A DNA stretch of 63,555 bases, counting the filler, from Reticulomyxa filosa (lineage: Eukaryota > Protista > Foraminifera), in assembly GCA_000512085.1 (NCBI GenBank). It is 18 parts of 18 records of this genome, joined end to end, with 100 filler letters (N's around TTAATTAATTAA, not from the genome) between each part and the next. Parts side by side here need not be neighbours in the genome. Positions count along the whole stretch, not along the records: positions 49,677 to 51,556 come from ASPP01016286.1; positions 51,657 to 54,403 come from ASPP01020458.1; positions 54,504 to 55,728 come from ASPP01008516.1; positions 55,829 to 57,097 come from ASPP01016309.1; positions 57,198 to 59,549 come from ASPP01001122.1; positions 59,650 to 62,155 come from ASPP01037325.1; positions 62,256 to 63,555 come from ASPP01034424.1; 11 more parts are not named here. The stretch is one strand, 5' to 3'. The first letter of the stretch is position 1. Every line of letters begins with the position of its first letter. The notes under the pieces are model-generated. The model ran no database searches. It was not told the origin of the DNA and was given only the letters and a program-made list of their open reading frames with translations. The position numbers and the translations under genes were made by a program. This document shows, piece after piece, positions 49,720 to 63,341 of the stretch.

Positions 49720-50200
49720 TCTCAAAACTTTTTGTGATTGGCATTCATAACACACAAACACGGCTAAAATGTTCTGATCTGCAAAACATTGAGTTCTTGC
49801 GTCTTCTGTCTTGCAATCCAATAGAAATGGGTTTTTTGAAATCATTGGCAGTACCAAAGTCTCGAACGAGATGCGCTTTTCTTCTGCACTCTTTGCACTA
49901 AAAGGGGTACACTCTTTTTTGTTTGAACAAAAATAAAAAATAATGATTGACCGCCCATAAAGCAAAAAATCCTTTACACAACTTGACAGGTAATGCTTTT
50001 CCAAACAATTCTTGTGAAAAGAGTGATAACATTTTATACAACTTATTAGTCCATTTGGGGCTGCACATTTGTGACAAAATGCCTCAAAATAGCGCAACGG
50101 AATGGAGTTTTGAACGCTTTCACTTTTTTTAATGTTAACGTCCAAAATCATATCCAATTTGCGCTGTCCGCTACTACCATCTAGCTTTTTCTCCATATTC
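49720..50200 (-). CDS. PHD-finger-like protein, 5' part
   Basis: FCHKCAAPNGLISCIKCYHSFHKNCL ... VCYEC (C4-H-C3 pattern with a long insert). Confidence 0.6.
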
Positions 50201-50750
50201 AACGCAAATATGCTTATTAATCCACAATTCAATGATTATTGTCGCTTTATTTTTTTAAGGATTCCCCTCCAAAATTCTTAAATTTTTTTTTTTAGTGGTT
50301 TTAAAGCTTAACGTTATGAATTATCTAGTTGGTCACAAAAACAATAAATAGCGCAAAATTTGTTTTTGGTCATTATTTTTTGAAAAGATTCTTGTGTTTA
50401 AAAATGTAATAAAATTTTTTTAAAAAATTATTAGTTTCAAAATATTATAGGTAATTGATATTAGTTGCAAATAATAAATTAATTGTAAAATTTATTTTTT
50501 ATGAAAACAAAATTTCACTTTTAAATTTGCAAACTACGTTTGTGTATTCCGATCTTGATCGTTGTTTTGCGCGTTACTAAAAAAATAATTGTAATTTAGA
50601 AGCTAAAATATTTTAAAAGTAAAAAAATTGTGATTAAAAATTGTTTTATTTTTGGAGTTATCTATTTCTAAAGTTTTTGTTTGAAGCGTTGGTGATGCAA
50701 GACAACCGTAACGGGGACATACTTTTTTTTGTTTGATAATTGTGAAAATA

Positions 50751-51460
50751 ATGGACTATCGTGTGGAACCAATATTGTTTAATGTATGTATTATTATCTC
50801 TATCCTCTCTATTTCTAGTGAAATTTGCCACCCACATGTACGCAAAAGGGCAAGCGAACGCATCGTGTCCTGCAAAACGTGGGTGGTCCATGCCCATTGA
50901 TAGGGGTGTGCAACTTGCTGTTGTTAAGAAATGAGATCCGCATAAACTCAAATCTCTCAGTGGTGAAATTTACGGACTTGACGACTGGTTTAAAGAACCA
51001 TTTGGACACAATATTTTCACGGTTATTGTTGTTGTTGTTGTTGTTGTTTTTTTTTTAAAGAGATGATTGTTGTTTGTTTTTTGTGTTGTTGTTGTTGCGC
51101 GTTGTTTTTTTTTTTTTTTTTTTAAGTCATAAAAAAAACATTACACATAAAAAGAACATTGGAAAATGCAAAGTCTGAACAAGAGACTGCAAACACGATT
51201 CAAAACATAGAAGATTGTGTTTCATTGTTTCCACAGTTGGAAAAAGGATTAGGTAAAGTATATAAAAGCATAAATGTATACATATACATATATATGTGCA
51301 TATGTATATGTAATATGTCAAAACGGGGGGGTTTAAAAAAGATTTAAATATCAAGTTTAAAGACGCATCGGAATTTGAATTCACTTCACAAATTGCCATG
51401 TTTGACAACTATCATATTCGCATTTACCATGGCTGGGTGATTGATCCGCAAGCTAGTTTC
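50751..51460 (+). CDS. MINDY-1/2 family deubiquitinase, 5' exons
   Basis: LQNVGGPCPLIGVCNLLLLR carries the catalytic Cys motif; also FPQLEKGL and NIKF...FEFTSQIAMFD...IYHGWVIDPQ. Several GT-AG introns. Confidence 0.88.
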
Positions 51461-51521
51461 TGTGGTCTCCTTTTTCCCCATCAGTACATACATACGCATA
51501 CACAAAAACTTTCAAAACAAA

Positions 51522-51556
<35 letters not shown>

Positions 51557-51719
51557 NNNNNNNNNNNNNNNNNNNNNNNNNNNNNNNNNNNNNNNNNNNN
51601 TTAATTAATTAANNNNNNNNNNNNNNNNNNNNNNNNNNNNNNNNNNNNNNNNNNNNAAAAAAAAAAAGATGGAGTATTACCCAAAAAAAAAGTAGAGTGA
51701 ATATATATATATATATATA

Positions 51720-52217
51720 TATAAACAAACTGTTATCGCACTGATCCCGGATTTTATACGCACGCTGATCGAACTCATTGTAACACGTGTTATCTCCGAA
51801 TTTATGCTCACATACACTCCATTCCAGTCGGATTCTTCTGTTTACGCTTTCATCTTGTGCGTTGACTAAACAATAACAACATTGGTCTTCGTTGTCATAA
51901 AAACTGTTCAACAAATCTTGTCTTTTGAATGACGCGAGCAATACAAATATCCCAATTGCCAAAAATCGGACTATGTTCCATATTGTGTACAGCGATTGCT
52001 GTTTCAAGGTCACTCGTTCTTCTACGGGGTATTCTTTCTTCTCGTTACTTGGGGTCTTCGTGCACGACACGTTTTCTTGTAGTTCTAGCTTCCCATACAA
52101 CAACAGCTCCACTGAATCGTTGCAGGCAGCAGCATTTTCGTTCTCTGATTCCTTTTTCTCTTTATCCATTGATTTTATATCATTTTCAAGCAATGAATGA
52201 CTCATGCTTTTATCCAT
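51720..52217 (-). CDS. hypothetical membrane protein, 5' part
   Basis: ORF 51609-52217 has one hydrophobic helix and a Cys-rich segment. Confidence 0.4.
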
Positions 52218-53139
52218 TTTCTAAAGGGGAGTGGAAAAGCTTTGTGAACTTTTTTGTTTGTGGTAAATGCTATTTTGTAACATGCAAGCTTTTTTTTGGA
52301 AAAGAATAAATATGCTGAGAAAAGCGCTTTATTGAGCAATATTCGAATTATTTTGAATGGTAAAAAGAAACGCCAATTCAATAAATTTGTTAAAATGCTG
52401 TATTTTTTAAAAAGCAAAAAAAAAAGTTTTAATGGCATTTGTAAGAGGGACTAGCAAAATTAGACCTACAGAGCTTTTTTTTGTGCCTGCTGGAAAAAAA
52501 CTCGCAAATCTTGATGTTAGCAAAAAATGCAGTTAACAGCAAATAATTAACGTTGATTTTGAAATTGAAATTGCTCAATGAAAAATTACTTTTTACAAGT
52601 TTTGGTGATTTTTAAAGTACGTCGGGTTTTTGCGTAGGAAAAACATAATTTCAATTTTTTTCATCATTAAAGCGTGTCAAAACTCATGCACACAATACAT
52701 AGATATTATTTAAAAATGTTTAAATCTTTTTTATAAAAATTTTAATTCTGATGATCGATTTTAGGACATGGCCGGCTGTACAAATTCTGCAATATTTATA
52801 TTAAATTGCAAAAAAACTGGCAAATCTAAATAGCACATATATTAAGAGAATTGATTTTCTACATGGAAAAAAACCGCTTAACATTAATTTTTTAAAAGTG
52901 TATATGTTACTTGAAGATTCCTAAAAAAGAAACAGTTAAATGTTTATTTTTCATGGGGAAAATCGATTCTATTCATATGGTGCGATCTAGTTATGACAGT
53001 TGTTGTTGCAATTTACTGTATTATACACTTTTATCCTTTTTTAAAACAAATCGATGAATTTAATATATAACAAGTCCACAATTTAAAATAAAACATTCAC
53101 AAACATAAATTTACTTTTGTAAAGCCAACATATTTTGAC

Positions 53140-53745
53140 TTGTTATCCATGTTTTTTTATCTCTTTCAACAAATGGTAGGCGATGAATGGTAGTAATTCC
53201 TGTTGCATATTCGATAGCTTTTTCTATGTTATGTGTAGAAAAAAATATATAAAATAAGTTGATGTTGCGATTACAGCAACGTCGTTCTACAAACCCTTTA
53301 TTTTCTTTTTGTATTTTTGTTCATTATTTTCTATACATTTCCATTTTTCAAATGCAGCCAACATTCCAATTGTTTCATTAATATTTCCTTCACAATAATA
53401 TTTAAATATCTTGTAAATGAGATTTAAGTCAATGGAGTAATTCCATATTGCACTAAATAAATAATCAATTGATCATACTCAGCCCATGTCAATTTGATAT
53501 ATTTATCTTCACTTTCTATTTTAGCAAAAGTAATGTTATATTTCATAGATTACTTAACTTATTCACATTGTAAATAGAACATATCCTTTTAATTTCACAC
53601 CCGTTTCATAATAAATGTGATTATGATTTCTCCATATTTGCAATATTATCGTTTTTTCAACTTTATTACCAAAGTGTTTGAACAAATGCATTAATTGGTA
53701 TTGTTGTTCCAAATTTATGCTATGTTCAGACAATTTGTTTTTCAA
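53140..53745 (-). pseudogene. remnant of the C-terminal helical part of the PUB/ART-like family
   Basis: AIWNYSIDLNLI, FEKWK, RRCCNRNINL and RLPFVERDKK match the ends of the ART-like blocks at 7049 and ~39370. Frameshifted, with stops. Confidence 0.65.
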
Positions 53746-54503
53746 TTATATTAACAGTAATTTTTGACTGTTTTAACAAAGTTTTGTAACGTGTTCTCTG
53801 TAATCCAAGCTAAGACAGTTCCGTGCTTCTAAAATGACTTTTTAATCTATGTAAAAAAAATTTGTCGAAGTTGTGCAAGCGTAATAACTTGGACACAAAG
53901 TTAAAGAGGTCTTTTTTGATAATACACTTATTTTGGAATTCTTGTTGTTCAAAAAGACTACTTCACTCCAAAAAAAAAATAAATAAATGATATTTTTTTA
54001 AGCATAGCGAGTTTGTAAAAGTTTTAAAAAAAGACAATGAGTAAAATGAAAAAGTTGAGAATAAGACGAATTTTTTGGAGCCGATTGACATAATCTAGAA
54101 ACATATTTGAAAACAAAATTTCCCCTCATAAACCACCTTTCAAGTTAAATAATGAAAAAAATAAAAGAATACAATCAAACGACATATGTAAAATGATCCA
54201 AAGGAAAACAAACCCAAAAAAAAAAAAAAGTTTTTTTTTTTTTTTTTCCAATTCACTGAAAAGTCTTAATAATCACACCTTTTGTGCGATTAACCTCAAA
54301 GCCTTCTTCACGTAAGCGTTTACTTTCGAAAAATGTGGTGAGATCATTGATACTAAGATTATTGGCCTACAGCAAAGATGAAGACAAAACGGAAAAAAAA
54401 AAANNNNNNNNNNNNNNNNNNNNNNNNNNNNNNNNNNNNNNNNNNNNTTAATTAATTAANNNNNNNNNNNNNNNNNNNNNNNNNNNNNNNNNNNNNNNNN
54501 NNN

Positions 54504-54534
<31 letters not shown>

Positions 54535-54589
54535 CAAAAGAAAAATGAATGGGGAAAAACAACAGCCATTCATATGCATATATATTAAC

Positions 54590-55728
54590 TTGCTCCTGTA
54601 ATTGAGCGTTTTTGTTTTTGAGCTGAAGCAAGGCAGTTTCAGCGTTTTCTTTTTGGAAACAATGATTACGCTCTCTTTCTTTCAACGCAGTTACTTCCGT
54701 CGACATCAAGTCCATTTCATCTTTATTCTTTTTTGTCTTGTTTTATTTAAAAAAAAACAGAATATGTACGTATTTCAATATTTGTTTTACCAAAAAAAAA
54801 AAAAACATAAGAATAATGGCAACTTGTTCAATCCATTCATTTTCCTTTTCTTTCCACTCTTTCTGCAATGCTTCATATTTTTCGATAGTTGCAGTGAGAG
54901 CTTGCTTTACGTTCAGTAATTCATCGGTCTAGACAACCACAGCTATTTGTTATGCACAAGTGATGGCATAGTCAAGTAACAGATAAAAACACCTGTTTTC
55001 GGGTTTCCTCAAGACCAGATTGATAAACGAGTGTTTCTTCTTTCCGTATTTGTTCGAGTTGTTCCTCGTTCTTTGTTTTTTCTGTCAATGAGATTTCCAA
55101 TTCTTTTAATTGTTTTTGTAGCTGTTCCACCTATTTGTTCATGTTTCATTTTCATTTTCATTTTTTTTTTTTTTTTTAAAAGAAAAAAAAAAAACCAAAC
55201 TTGTTGACACAACAAATCCTCTTTGTGTTGACATTCTTGATCAAGTGATAATTTCTTAGCCAACTCAGTTTCTAATTCTTTGTTACGTTCACTCAATTTG
55301 TGTACCTGTTTATTATTATTATTTTTTTTCTCCTTGGAATGCAGCCAGCCCCATAACAACAACAACAAGAGACACATTTGTCCGAAACTTGTTCCATTAT
55401 CTGTTCCTTTTCCAAGCGTATGTTGGTCATGTCAGTAGAGGTCTTGTTCACAGCCAGCTGCAAATTTTCTATTTTGGCTTCCAATTCTTTTTGAAGATCT
55501 TCTTTCTGATCACAAATGTCCAAACGAACAAAAAAGAAATCAAATTTTGTCTCTACAAAAAAAAAAAAAAAAAAAGATACAACACCTCCTTTTGCAAGGC
55601 AATTTCCTTGCTTTGCCATATCTTTTCCATCGAAGCGTAGTGAGCAGCTTGTTGCAAATTGGTTTGATTGGACAAGTCCATTTGATTCATTTGCTCTTGT
55701 ATTTGCGTAATCTGTATGTGTGTGTGTG
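54590..55728 (-). CDS. coiled-coil protein, internal multi-exon fragment
   Basis: Several short E/K/Q/L-rich exons (e.g. QKEDLQKELEAKIENLQL, LSERNKELETELAKKL) separated by poly-T/A introns. Confidence 0.55.
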
Positions 55729-55917
55729 NNNNNNNNNNNNNNNNNNNNNNNNNNNNNNNNNNNNNNNNNNNNTTAATTAATTAANNNNNNNNNNNNNNNN
55801 NNNNNNNNNNNNNNNNNNNNNNNNNNNNGGTAGGAGAGAGAGAGAGAGAGAGAGAGAAGGAAAAGGAAAAAGGGGAAAGGAGAAAGGGGACAAGGGGGGA
55901 GAAGCAAGAAAAAACAA

Positions 55918-56717
55918 TCAAACTTTATGTGTGGATCTCCCTTTCGATTTAGATCGAGAACGTGATTTTCCTCCGTGGAACAACTCATTGTCCTTGGAAT
56001 AAGAAAAGTATGTAGTATGTGGAAAAGAAGAATGAGGATCAAAATGACTGGATTTCTCTGAGCGCTGAGATGGAATGGAATCCTTGGACACGTTGGATGC
56101 AATCGACGTGGATCGCAATGGCTCCACTCCCATAGAAGGCCATTTCTTCATGGTCCCGTCATTGTCACGTACTTTATCAATCATCGAGCCGGTTTGTTCG
56201 CTTAAATACAAGTAATTGCGTAACAATGAGTTGTATGCATGAGATCGAACCCAATTTTCATCCATTAAGGCTTGCAGTTGTGACACTCCATTATGCTTAT
56301 TGTTATTATTATTATTATTTATTAATATTATTATTGTTATTATTATTGCAAAAATGAAAAACAAAAGAAAACTATACCAGCTTGCCGGAGGCCAAAACAA
56401 TGTGATCCCACCACATATTCATTTGTTTGTCAATCTGCTGTAAATACTGCTCAATGGTGAGACCCATTTCTGCAGTGGAGCTATTTGTGCTCAGTCGTTT
56501 TAAATACTTTACAAGCACCTGTCGTCTTTCTTTTAACAACTGCTCAATTTTCATTATTTCATATTTCAGAGGATATTTCACCGGGGCTATTTTTGCCACG
56601 TTTCGACTTTTTTTTTCGCTATTGTCTTCGTTGTTGTCAATGTTACTATTATTGTCATTGTTATTACTATTATTATTATTATCATTATTATTATTATTAT
56701 TATTGTCATTATTATAG

Positions 56718-56758
<41 letters not shown>

Positions 56759-57045
56759 GTTATTATTATTATTGCTATTGTTGTTACTTGTATTGTCTAC
56801 GTTTATACTTTTTTCCCTTCTGTGATCGATAGTTCTTCTCTTGTCTTTTGGCCTTCTCTCGTCATTATATCTTTTGTATCTTCACCACCTCCACTATCTT
56901 TGCCATTGATACTTTTGCTCCTACTCCTCATGCTGTTTCCTTCATCTCCTCCTCCCCCGTTCTCTATCTCGACACACAGCTTTTGCGAATTTTCGTCACT
57001 CATATCTTGCTCAATGTTGCTCAGACCACGGGTCAACGATTCCAC
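55918..57045 (-). CDS. hypothetical protein fragment with poly-Asn microsatellite
   Basis: ORFs 56803-57045, 56372-56599 and 55918-56400; (AAT)n at ~56640-56780. Confidence 0.4.
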
Positions 57046-57059
57046 ACTTTTTTCATCTT

Positions 57060-57097
<38 letters not shown>

Positions 57098-57197
57098 NNN
57101 NNNNNNNNNNNNNNNNNNNNNNNNNNNNNNNNNNNNNNNNNTTAATTAATTAANNNNNNNNNNNNNNNNNNNNNNNNNNNNNNNNNNNNNNNNNNNN

Positions 57198-58050
57198 TTT
57201 GGATCTTCCAATAATGAAAATTTTATATTGGTTATGTCTTACTCAAGTGTTGGAGTAATGTTGATGAAATTGCAATGGAAATGCAAATGGTAATAAGAAT
57301 AAATGGTTGTATTTAAAAAATGAAGATGGTAATAATGTTAAATTTATTGATAATGGTTATAATTTAATGAGTGCAAGAGGATTAATTGGTGGAAAAAATA
57401 AAAATTTATTATTTAAATAATATTAGCGTATTTGATTTAAATCAACTTAAATTTATTAAACACTATTGTTTTATCTTAAAACAAGAAAGTGAAAATGAGG
57501 ATTTGACAAAAATATGTAATACGATTTTATTTTGTGAAAAAAATATGATTATTAATAAAATATGGTGAAGAAAAAAATGCATTTGAATTTTGTGATTTAC
57601 CTGTTTGTGATAATATTAAAAATATAACAAATATACATATTTACATTTTAATAATTATATTTTTCTATTTGGTGGGTATCATGTGGATATTAATGCAAAT
57701 ATTACTATTTACAAATTAATTTATAAATATATCATAAATGAAAAAATTTGGACAAGAATGAACCAAGAACTGCCGTTATGTTTATCTGACTCAATCGCAT
57801 TATCAAATAAAAATTATATATATAATGGGAGGAAGCAATGAATCGTTTACATTATATATTAATTTGAAAATTATTTATTTGATTACAAAGAGCTTGTACG
57901 TTTATTTATTTAATTTGTTTATTTATTTTATTTATTAAAAAAAAATATATTGATTTTACGTGCAATTATTGAAGTAGAAATAATATATGATCAACTTTGG
58001 CTGGATTAAAGAGTTTAATTTAATCATTAGAAAATATATTATCGATTAAA
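57198..58050 (+). pseudogene. decayed Kelch-repeat gene of the lineage-expanded family
   Basis: Fragments SARGLIGG, NISVFDLNQLKFIKH, LFCEKN, FLFGGY and GWIKEFN match the Kelch block at 39380-40700. Many stops and indels. Confidence 0.7.
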
Positions 58051-59452
58051 AAATATTTCTTTGTAAGTATTTTTTTTAAGTAATCTTTTCTTTAATTAAT
58101 ATTTCTTCAGGTCTTTTACAAAAATAATATTTCATTTTTACTCATCACATTCCAAGTATGTTGCGTTTTTATTGCAATTTCATTCATTATTAATACTTTT
58201 AGTGCTCACTTATCTAATACTTTTTCCTTTTTGAAATCTCTTTACAATTTATTATCGCTTCTTTTCTTCACTTTACTTTAAAAGGTGGGCGATTCAAAAC
58301 AATACACGTTTATCAGTTTGTGTGCTTTGTGTTCATTTTGTATCATAATATTTGATGAAAAGTAGCGACAAAAGCTAATGTGGTAATTGGCAAACATCCA
58401 TTTGATTAATAAAATCCATTAAACTTGCACGATGAAAATTTTCAAATCTTTGAGGTTTTGAAATTTATTCATCATTTGATGAAATATTTTTTAAAAAAAA
58501 TTACTACTGTTTAAAAAAACTACAAAAATGTTGCTACAGAAATAAAAATTATAATTTGTTTAAACACAAGCAATCAAATATTCGGACGCATTTGAAACTC
58601 AGGTAATACCAAAGAAATGATTTTTTTTTCAGCTGACTGTTTGCAGATATTGAAGTAATTTGCATCGCAATGATCACTTTCCAAGAATATGACTAAACAC
58701 AACTCGTCTGTTTTTTATGTCCATATCTGCAAAAAAAACCGGGAGCGAAAAAAAACTGTTATTGCTTGTGCTAGGAAAAAGGACAGTACCAAACAAAATG
58801 AATTGCAAAAAAAACAACTAGCAATTCAATTAATAAAATAGTTGTTTACAAAAAATTATTATCCAGGAATGGGAAATATAGACAAAGAGTGTTCCAATCA
58901 AAAGAAGGGACATTAGCAGTGAAAGGCAATCTGGCGTCGACTATGCCATTGAAAAAAGAGAAAGAGAACAAAGGGTTTAAAAGTTTGTTGAAGTTACCAA
59001 AGGCAATATATCAAAAACAGAGTGTGTTAGTGTTTGAATTGGATATTGTGTTATGCGGGAGCCGAATGAACAACGAGTGTTCCTCATCACCACACGCAAA
59101 GACAAGAGTATAAGCAAATCGGGAGTTACCCAAAAGAGGTTCAATTATTGGATCACTGTATGATCGCATGCGACACAAAAGAGATAAAAGAGCAACATGT
59201 ATTGTTGTTATCATTTGGAGGGTGACAACACGTGCAAGAATTTCATCTGCTGATTATGGCCAATCATTGGTGCGAGTGTTTCTTGCATTTCGTGTTAGCA
59301 ATAAGATAGAAATAGAAATCATAGTAAGTACAGCAATAACAACGAATATGAAAGCAAGTTTCTTCATATCGACAAAAAAAATTTTACATTGGTAAGATAA
59401 AACGAAACGAATGAAAGCGTGGAGTATGAATCACTGGTGATGGACGAGTTCA

Positions 59453-59549
59453 TTAGAGACTCTTGATGAATCACAGTCACGGTTTTATGCTGCTTGCGTT
59501 GTGTTGGCCATTCAGCATATTCGTTCCAAAGATATTATTTTACAGAGAC
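59453..59549 (+). pseudogene. AGC (PKA/PKG-like) protein kinase remnant
   Basis: LDESQSRFYAACVVLAIQHIRSKDII(Y)RD corresponds to kinase helix E and the start of the catalytic loop. No intact upstream frame. Confidence 0.6.
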
Positions 59550-59689
59550 NNNNNNNNNNNNNNNNNNNNNNNNNNNNNNNNNNNNNNNNNNNNTTAATTA
59601 ATTAANNNNNNNNNNNNNNNNNNNNNNNNNNNNNNNNNNNNNNNNNNNNTGTATAGGATTGCAAAATCAAGACATAATAGAAAGTTGTT

Positions 59690-60010
59690 ATTTTTTATTT
59701 TTTATTTATATTTTTATTTAAGAGATTGGGAAAAGAAAAGGGATGGGAAATTTGGGGAGAAAAAAGAATGGAAAATTTGGGGAGAAAAAAGGGAGGGGAA
59801 AAATTTTGTTTAAGAAAAAAAAAAAAGAATGCAAAATAAGAAATGGAAAAGAAAGAAAAAAAAAAGAAGAAAAGTTGCAAATGAAAATGAAAAAAAAAAT
59901 GAAAAAAAGACAATGTGAAAAAGAAAAAAAAAATAAAAAAGATCAAAAGAGAAAAAAAAAAAAGAAGAAAGTGTAAAGGGGAGGGGATTTGAAAAGGAAA
60001 AAATGGGATT
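59690..60010. repeat. strand-skewed polypurine low-complexity tract
   Basis: (TTTTTA)n, then ~300 bp almost entirely A/G. Confidence 0.8.
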
Positions 60011-60079
60011 TTATCCCAGAAAAATTGAAGATGCGCATTAGCGCAAAGCTCAGAAGAAGATAGATGGGCGAAGGAAGTG

Positions 60080-62155
60080 GCCCAACAAAGATGGAGTGCG
60101 AACAGCACCTGGAAACTGGAGGTGTTCGTTTCATTCGATCAAGCCCAATAACCTTATAGTTTTTGTCAATGGAGGGGCAACAGATGGAATTGAATACATT
60201 GGGTCAAACTTTTGGCTTTCGTCTTGACTTGCAAAGATGCTGCGTCCCCAACAACTTCTCTCTACGTTCGCCAAACGAAGATCAACAATGTTCCGGAAAC
60301 AATAGCAACAGACGATAGCGACGACAAAGTGGAAGAAAAAAGATACAATATTGAACAGCGAGTGTGGAAAAAAAAACAGTTAATCTGACCATTTTTTTTT
60401 TCAAACGATGTACAATGTTGAACTTTGAAATTTTGAAAAATAGACAAAACGTACATTGGAAAAGATGCGAAAGTGGACGACGTATACGGCGTTGGAGTTA
60501 GAAAAGAATAACTAAAGATACCGGCGAGCAAATGAGATACTTCACGTACAGGTTTGTTATTATTTGTCAATTGCCATTGAGATAGAAGGTATAGGATGAC
60601 AAATGAACAAAACAAAATTCAATAATTATGCTATTTTATTTTTTTTTAAAAAAAAGATCTGGACGGCGGCATATTTATGCGGAACCACGTAATCAAGATG
60701 GAAACCTAGCGAAATTGCGCAGTGGACGTCATGGACACATAACATAAATTGAGAAAATAGAAGGAAAAATATCTGGTATCGAGACTTCGACATATGGATC
60801 GGAGAGTTGGCAAACGCCGAGGTGGAACGAACAAGGTGCTTCAGTGTGAAAAATCAACACATCATAACTCGCTCAACCTTCAACATTACTGCCAATTTGC
60901 TGCCCACGTTTCGACCAAGACAACAACACAACTCAAACAGGCATCAAAATGGATCGAAGAAAACGACGATTAGCCCTTTGAGCTGGGTGAGAACGTGGCC
61001 ACGATCCGTTTCATTGGAACCACGCATTTCGCAACAAACGAGAAGATATGCTTGGAGTGGTACGATGGATGAGACAAGCACGATGGCGCGTACAAGGCAA
61101 TACTTTATTTTGCATGTCCACCAAAGCGATGATTATTTGTGAAAGAAAGAAAGAGTCGCCGCAACGATGATGTGTTTGCGATTATCATTGACAGATTGTA
61201 GTTCCAATGTTCAATCCAAAGAGAATATATCCAATCTCGAGCTCGATATCATCAGGTGGACGAACAATGGATGTTTTCGGATTCAAATCGGGCGAAAAGA
61301 CCAATTCAAAGAATAGTTGCACCATTTGGAAACAGTACCTCCTTCAACTTGCAAAAACTTGACTCGTGAAAAACAATACAAGGAAGATAATCGGCCAGTG
61401 AACAGAAGAGATAAACGAAATGTCTTTGGATGAATCAAAAAAGCGATAGTGAAAAAGCGGAAGAAGCGGGCGAATGAAAATGAGGACGAAAATTAAGACG
61501 AAGACAACAAATCTGGACATAGACTCGCGCGTTTGCGGAAGTGGCGTTGCCTCGTCTTCGTCATTGGAGGTTATTGCCATTGCTGCCGTCAATTTGTTTT
61601 CCAACATCAAAACAAAATCCAATTCAAGCTTGAAGACTACGTGAAGTTATCTCGAGGAAAAGCAGGAGTGGCAAAGTCATTGGAGAAACCGATTGATGAT
61701 TAAAATCATTCAAACCCGACGATCGCATCGTTTTAGTCAATGGATGGGCGGCAAGTGTCATTAAATACATTGATTATCTCCTTTTGCCAAGGGTGAAGTT
61801 ATGAGCATTAAATTAGGTTTGTTTTTTTAGAAACACTTTTTTTTTAAATACGTAATGCTATGTTGTACTTTTTTTTATAGACGTATAAAATCCTGGTGCT
61901 CATGATGGTATGTACAACAAATACTGCTTTCAAGTTTTTTTTTGTTTGAGGTCAAAAGACGTATATCAATTGATAAGTGACTTTGTTCGAATGTAACATG
62001 TAGTGTCATCACAAAGGAATAGGTACGTTCGCCAACGAAGATCAATTGTCGCGATTCAATCGATTTTGTAAGTGGAAACCAGAACAAATGACAGCGACGA
62101 CGAAAGTGAAGAAAAAAAAATACAGTATTGGACAGCAAGTGGGAAAAACAAGAGT
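60080..62155 (+). pseudogene. decayed CAP-Gly multi-domain gene with internal tandem duplication
   Basis: VATIRFIGTTHFAT...DKHDGAYK..YFACPPKR*LFVK (~60990-61143) and DYVKLSRGKAGV..IGET (~61635-61690). Duplicated segment TACGTTCGCCAA..GAAGATCAA at ~60263 and ~62024. Confidence 0.7.
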
Positions 62156-63341
62156 NNNNNNNNNNNNNNNNNNNNNNNNNNNNNNNNNNNNNNNNNNNNT
62201 TAATTAATTAANNNNNNNNNNNNNNNNNNNNNNNNNNNNNNNNNNNNNNNNNNNNAAAAAAAAAAAAAAATTAGAATGTTACAAATGTCAAGAGTTAATA
62301 ATACGGAACTATTTTTCATTTTGATGATCTTACTCAAATATTAAGAGTCTTTTTTTCCTGTTTACTATTAAAGAGTGACAAGTTATCTTGATAAAATATT
62401 TTAACATAAAAGCAATTTTTTATCCAAATCCGAATTACAAATTTATTGATTTAAACCATTTGGAAAACATAGAATCAGCGAATTAAATATTTTTTCATTT
62501 GTCAAGTTTTTTTTTATCTCATATTTAATCTTTTCATTATAATCAATTACAAATTAATTCAGTCACAACTTCAGGATTACTCTATATTCTTCTAACTTGT
62601 ATTCCATTGTTTCATAATATAATACATCAATTCCTTTGTATTGGTATTGAAACGACAACAAAAATAGATTTGTCCGTGTGAATAAGTTGTAAGAGCTGTT
62701 GCTGCGGAAGAGACTGCGCTAAATGTAATACGAAAGGTGATAAACTCTTTCGAGCAGATTTTCAATAACTCAAAGTAATTTAAATAAATAAAGAAGAAAT
62801 GGTAAAACGATAACGAAAGAGTAAAAGGAAAACACAAGAAAAGGTTGTGTGAAGAGTTGGGAAAGTTTAACCCACTGGGGGCTCATCAGCCCCTTTTACT
62901 TTATAGGAGCTTCTCCTACAAAGTTTTTGTGACTCTCAGCACTTTGATAAGAACAATGGAAATTGTTCAATGTAAAAATGTTGCTTCAATTTGAGGCAAT
63001 TCTTGAAAAATTTTCAAATTAATTCCCAATAATATTTAGTTATCATTGATTGCTTGAAATGTATAAATACTTTTTTTCTATTATCATTATATCTCCAAAG
63101 ATAATAAATAATAATAATATTTCTAAGTATCATTTTTTATTATATCTTTAAAAATCTTTTGTTGTAATATGATTAGATCATTCTCAATAAAAATACATAA
63201 ATATTTTGATGTTTTTTCCAATTATATGCAAATAAAAAATATATTTATGTAAAATATATTTATGTAAAATATCTTTTTTGTTGATTTTTGTTTTTGCAAA
63301 AGGGTAAAAACTCTTTCAAAACTTGAGCAACATTATCAAAC

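Noticed and set aside
56427-56832. Poly-Tyr, poly-Leu and poly-Ile ORFs (also near 29450, 31500, 33800, 43900)
   Set aside because: Alternative-frame or antisense readings of (AAT)n microsatellites that encode poly-Asn.
10371-62255. 17 regularly recurring TTAATTAATTAA palindromes flanked by Ns
   Set aside because: Artificial stop linkers used to concatenate contigs. They are not a biological repeat, and gene neighbourhoods across them are meaningless.
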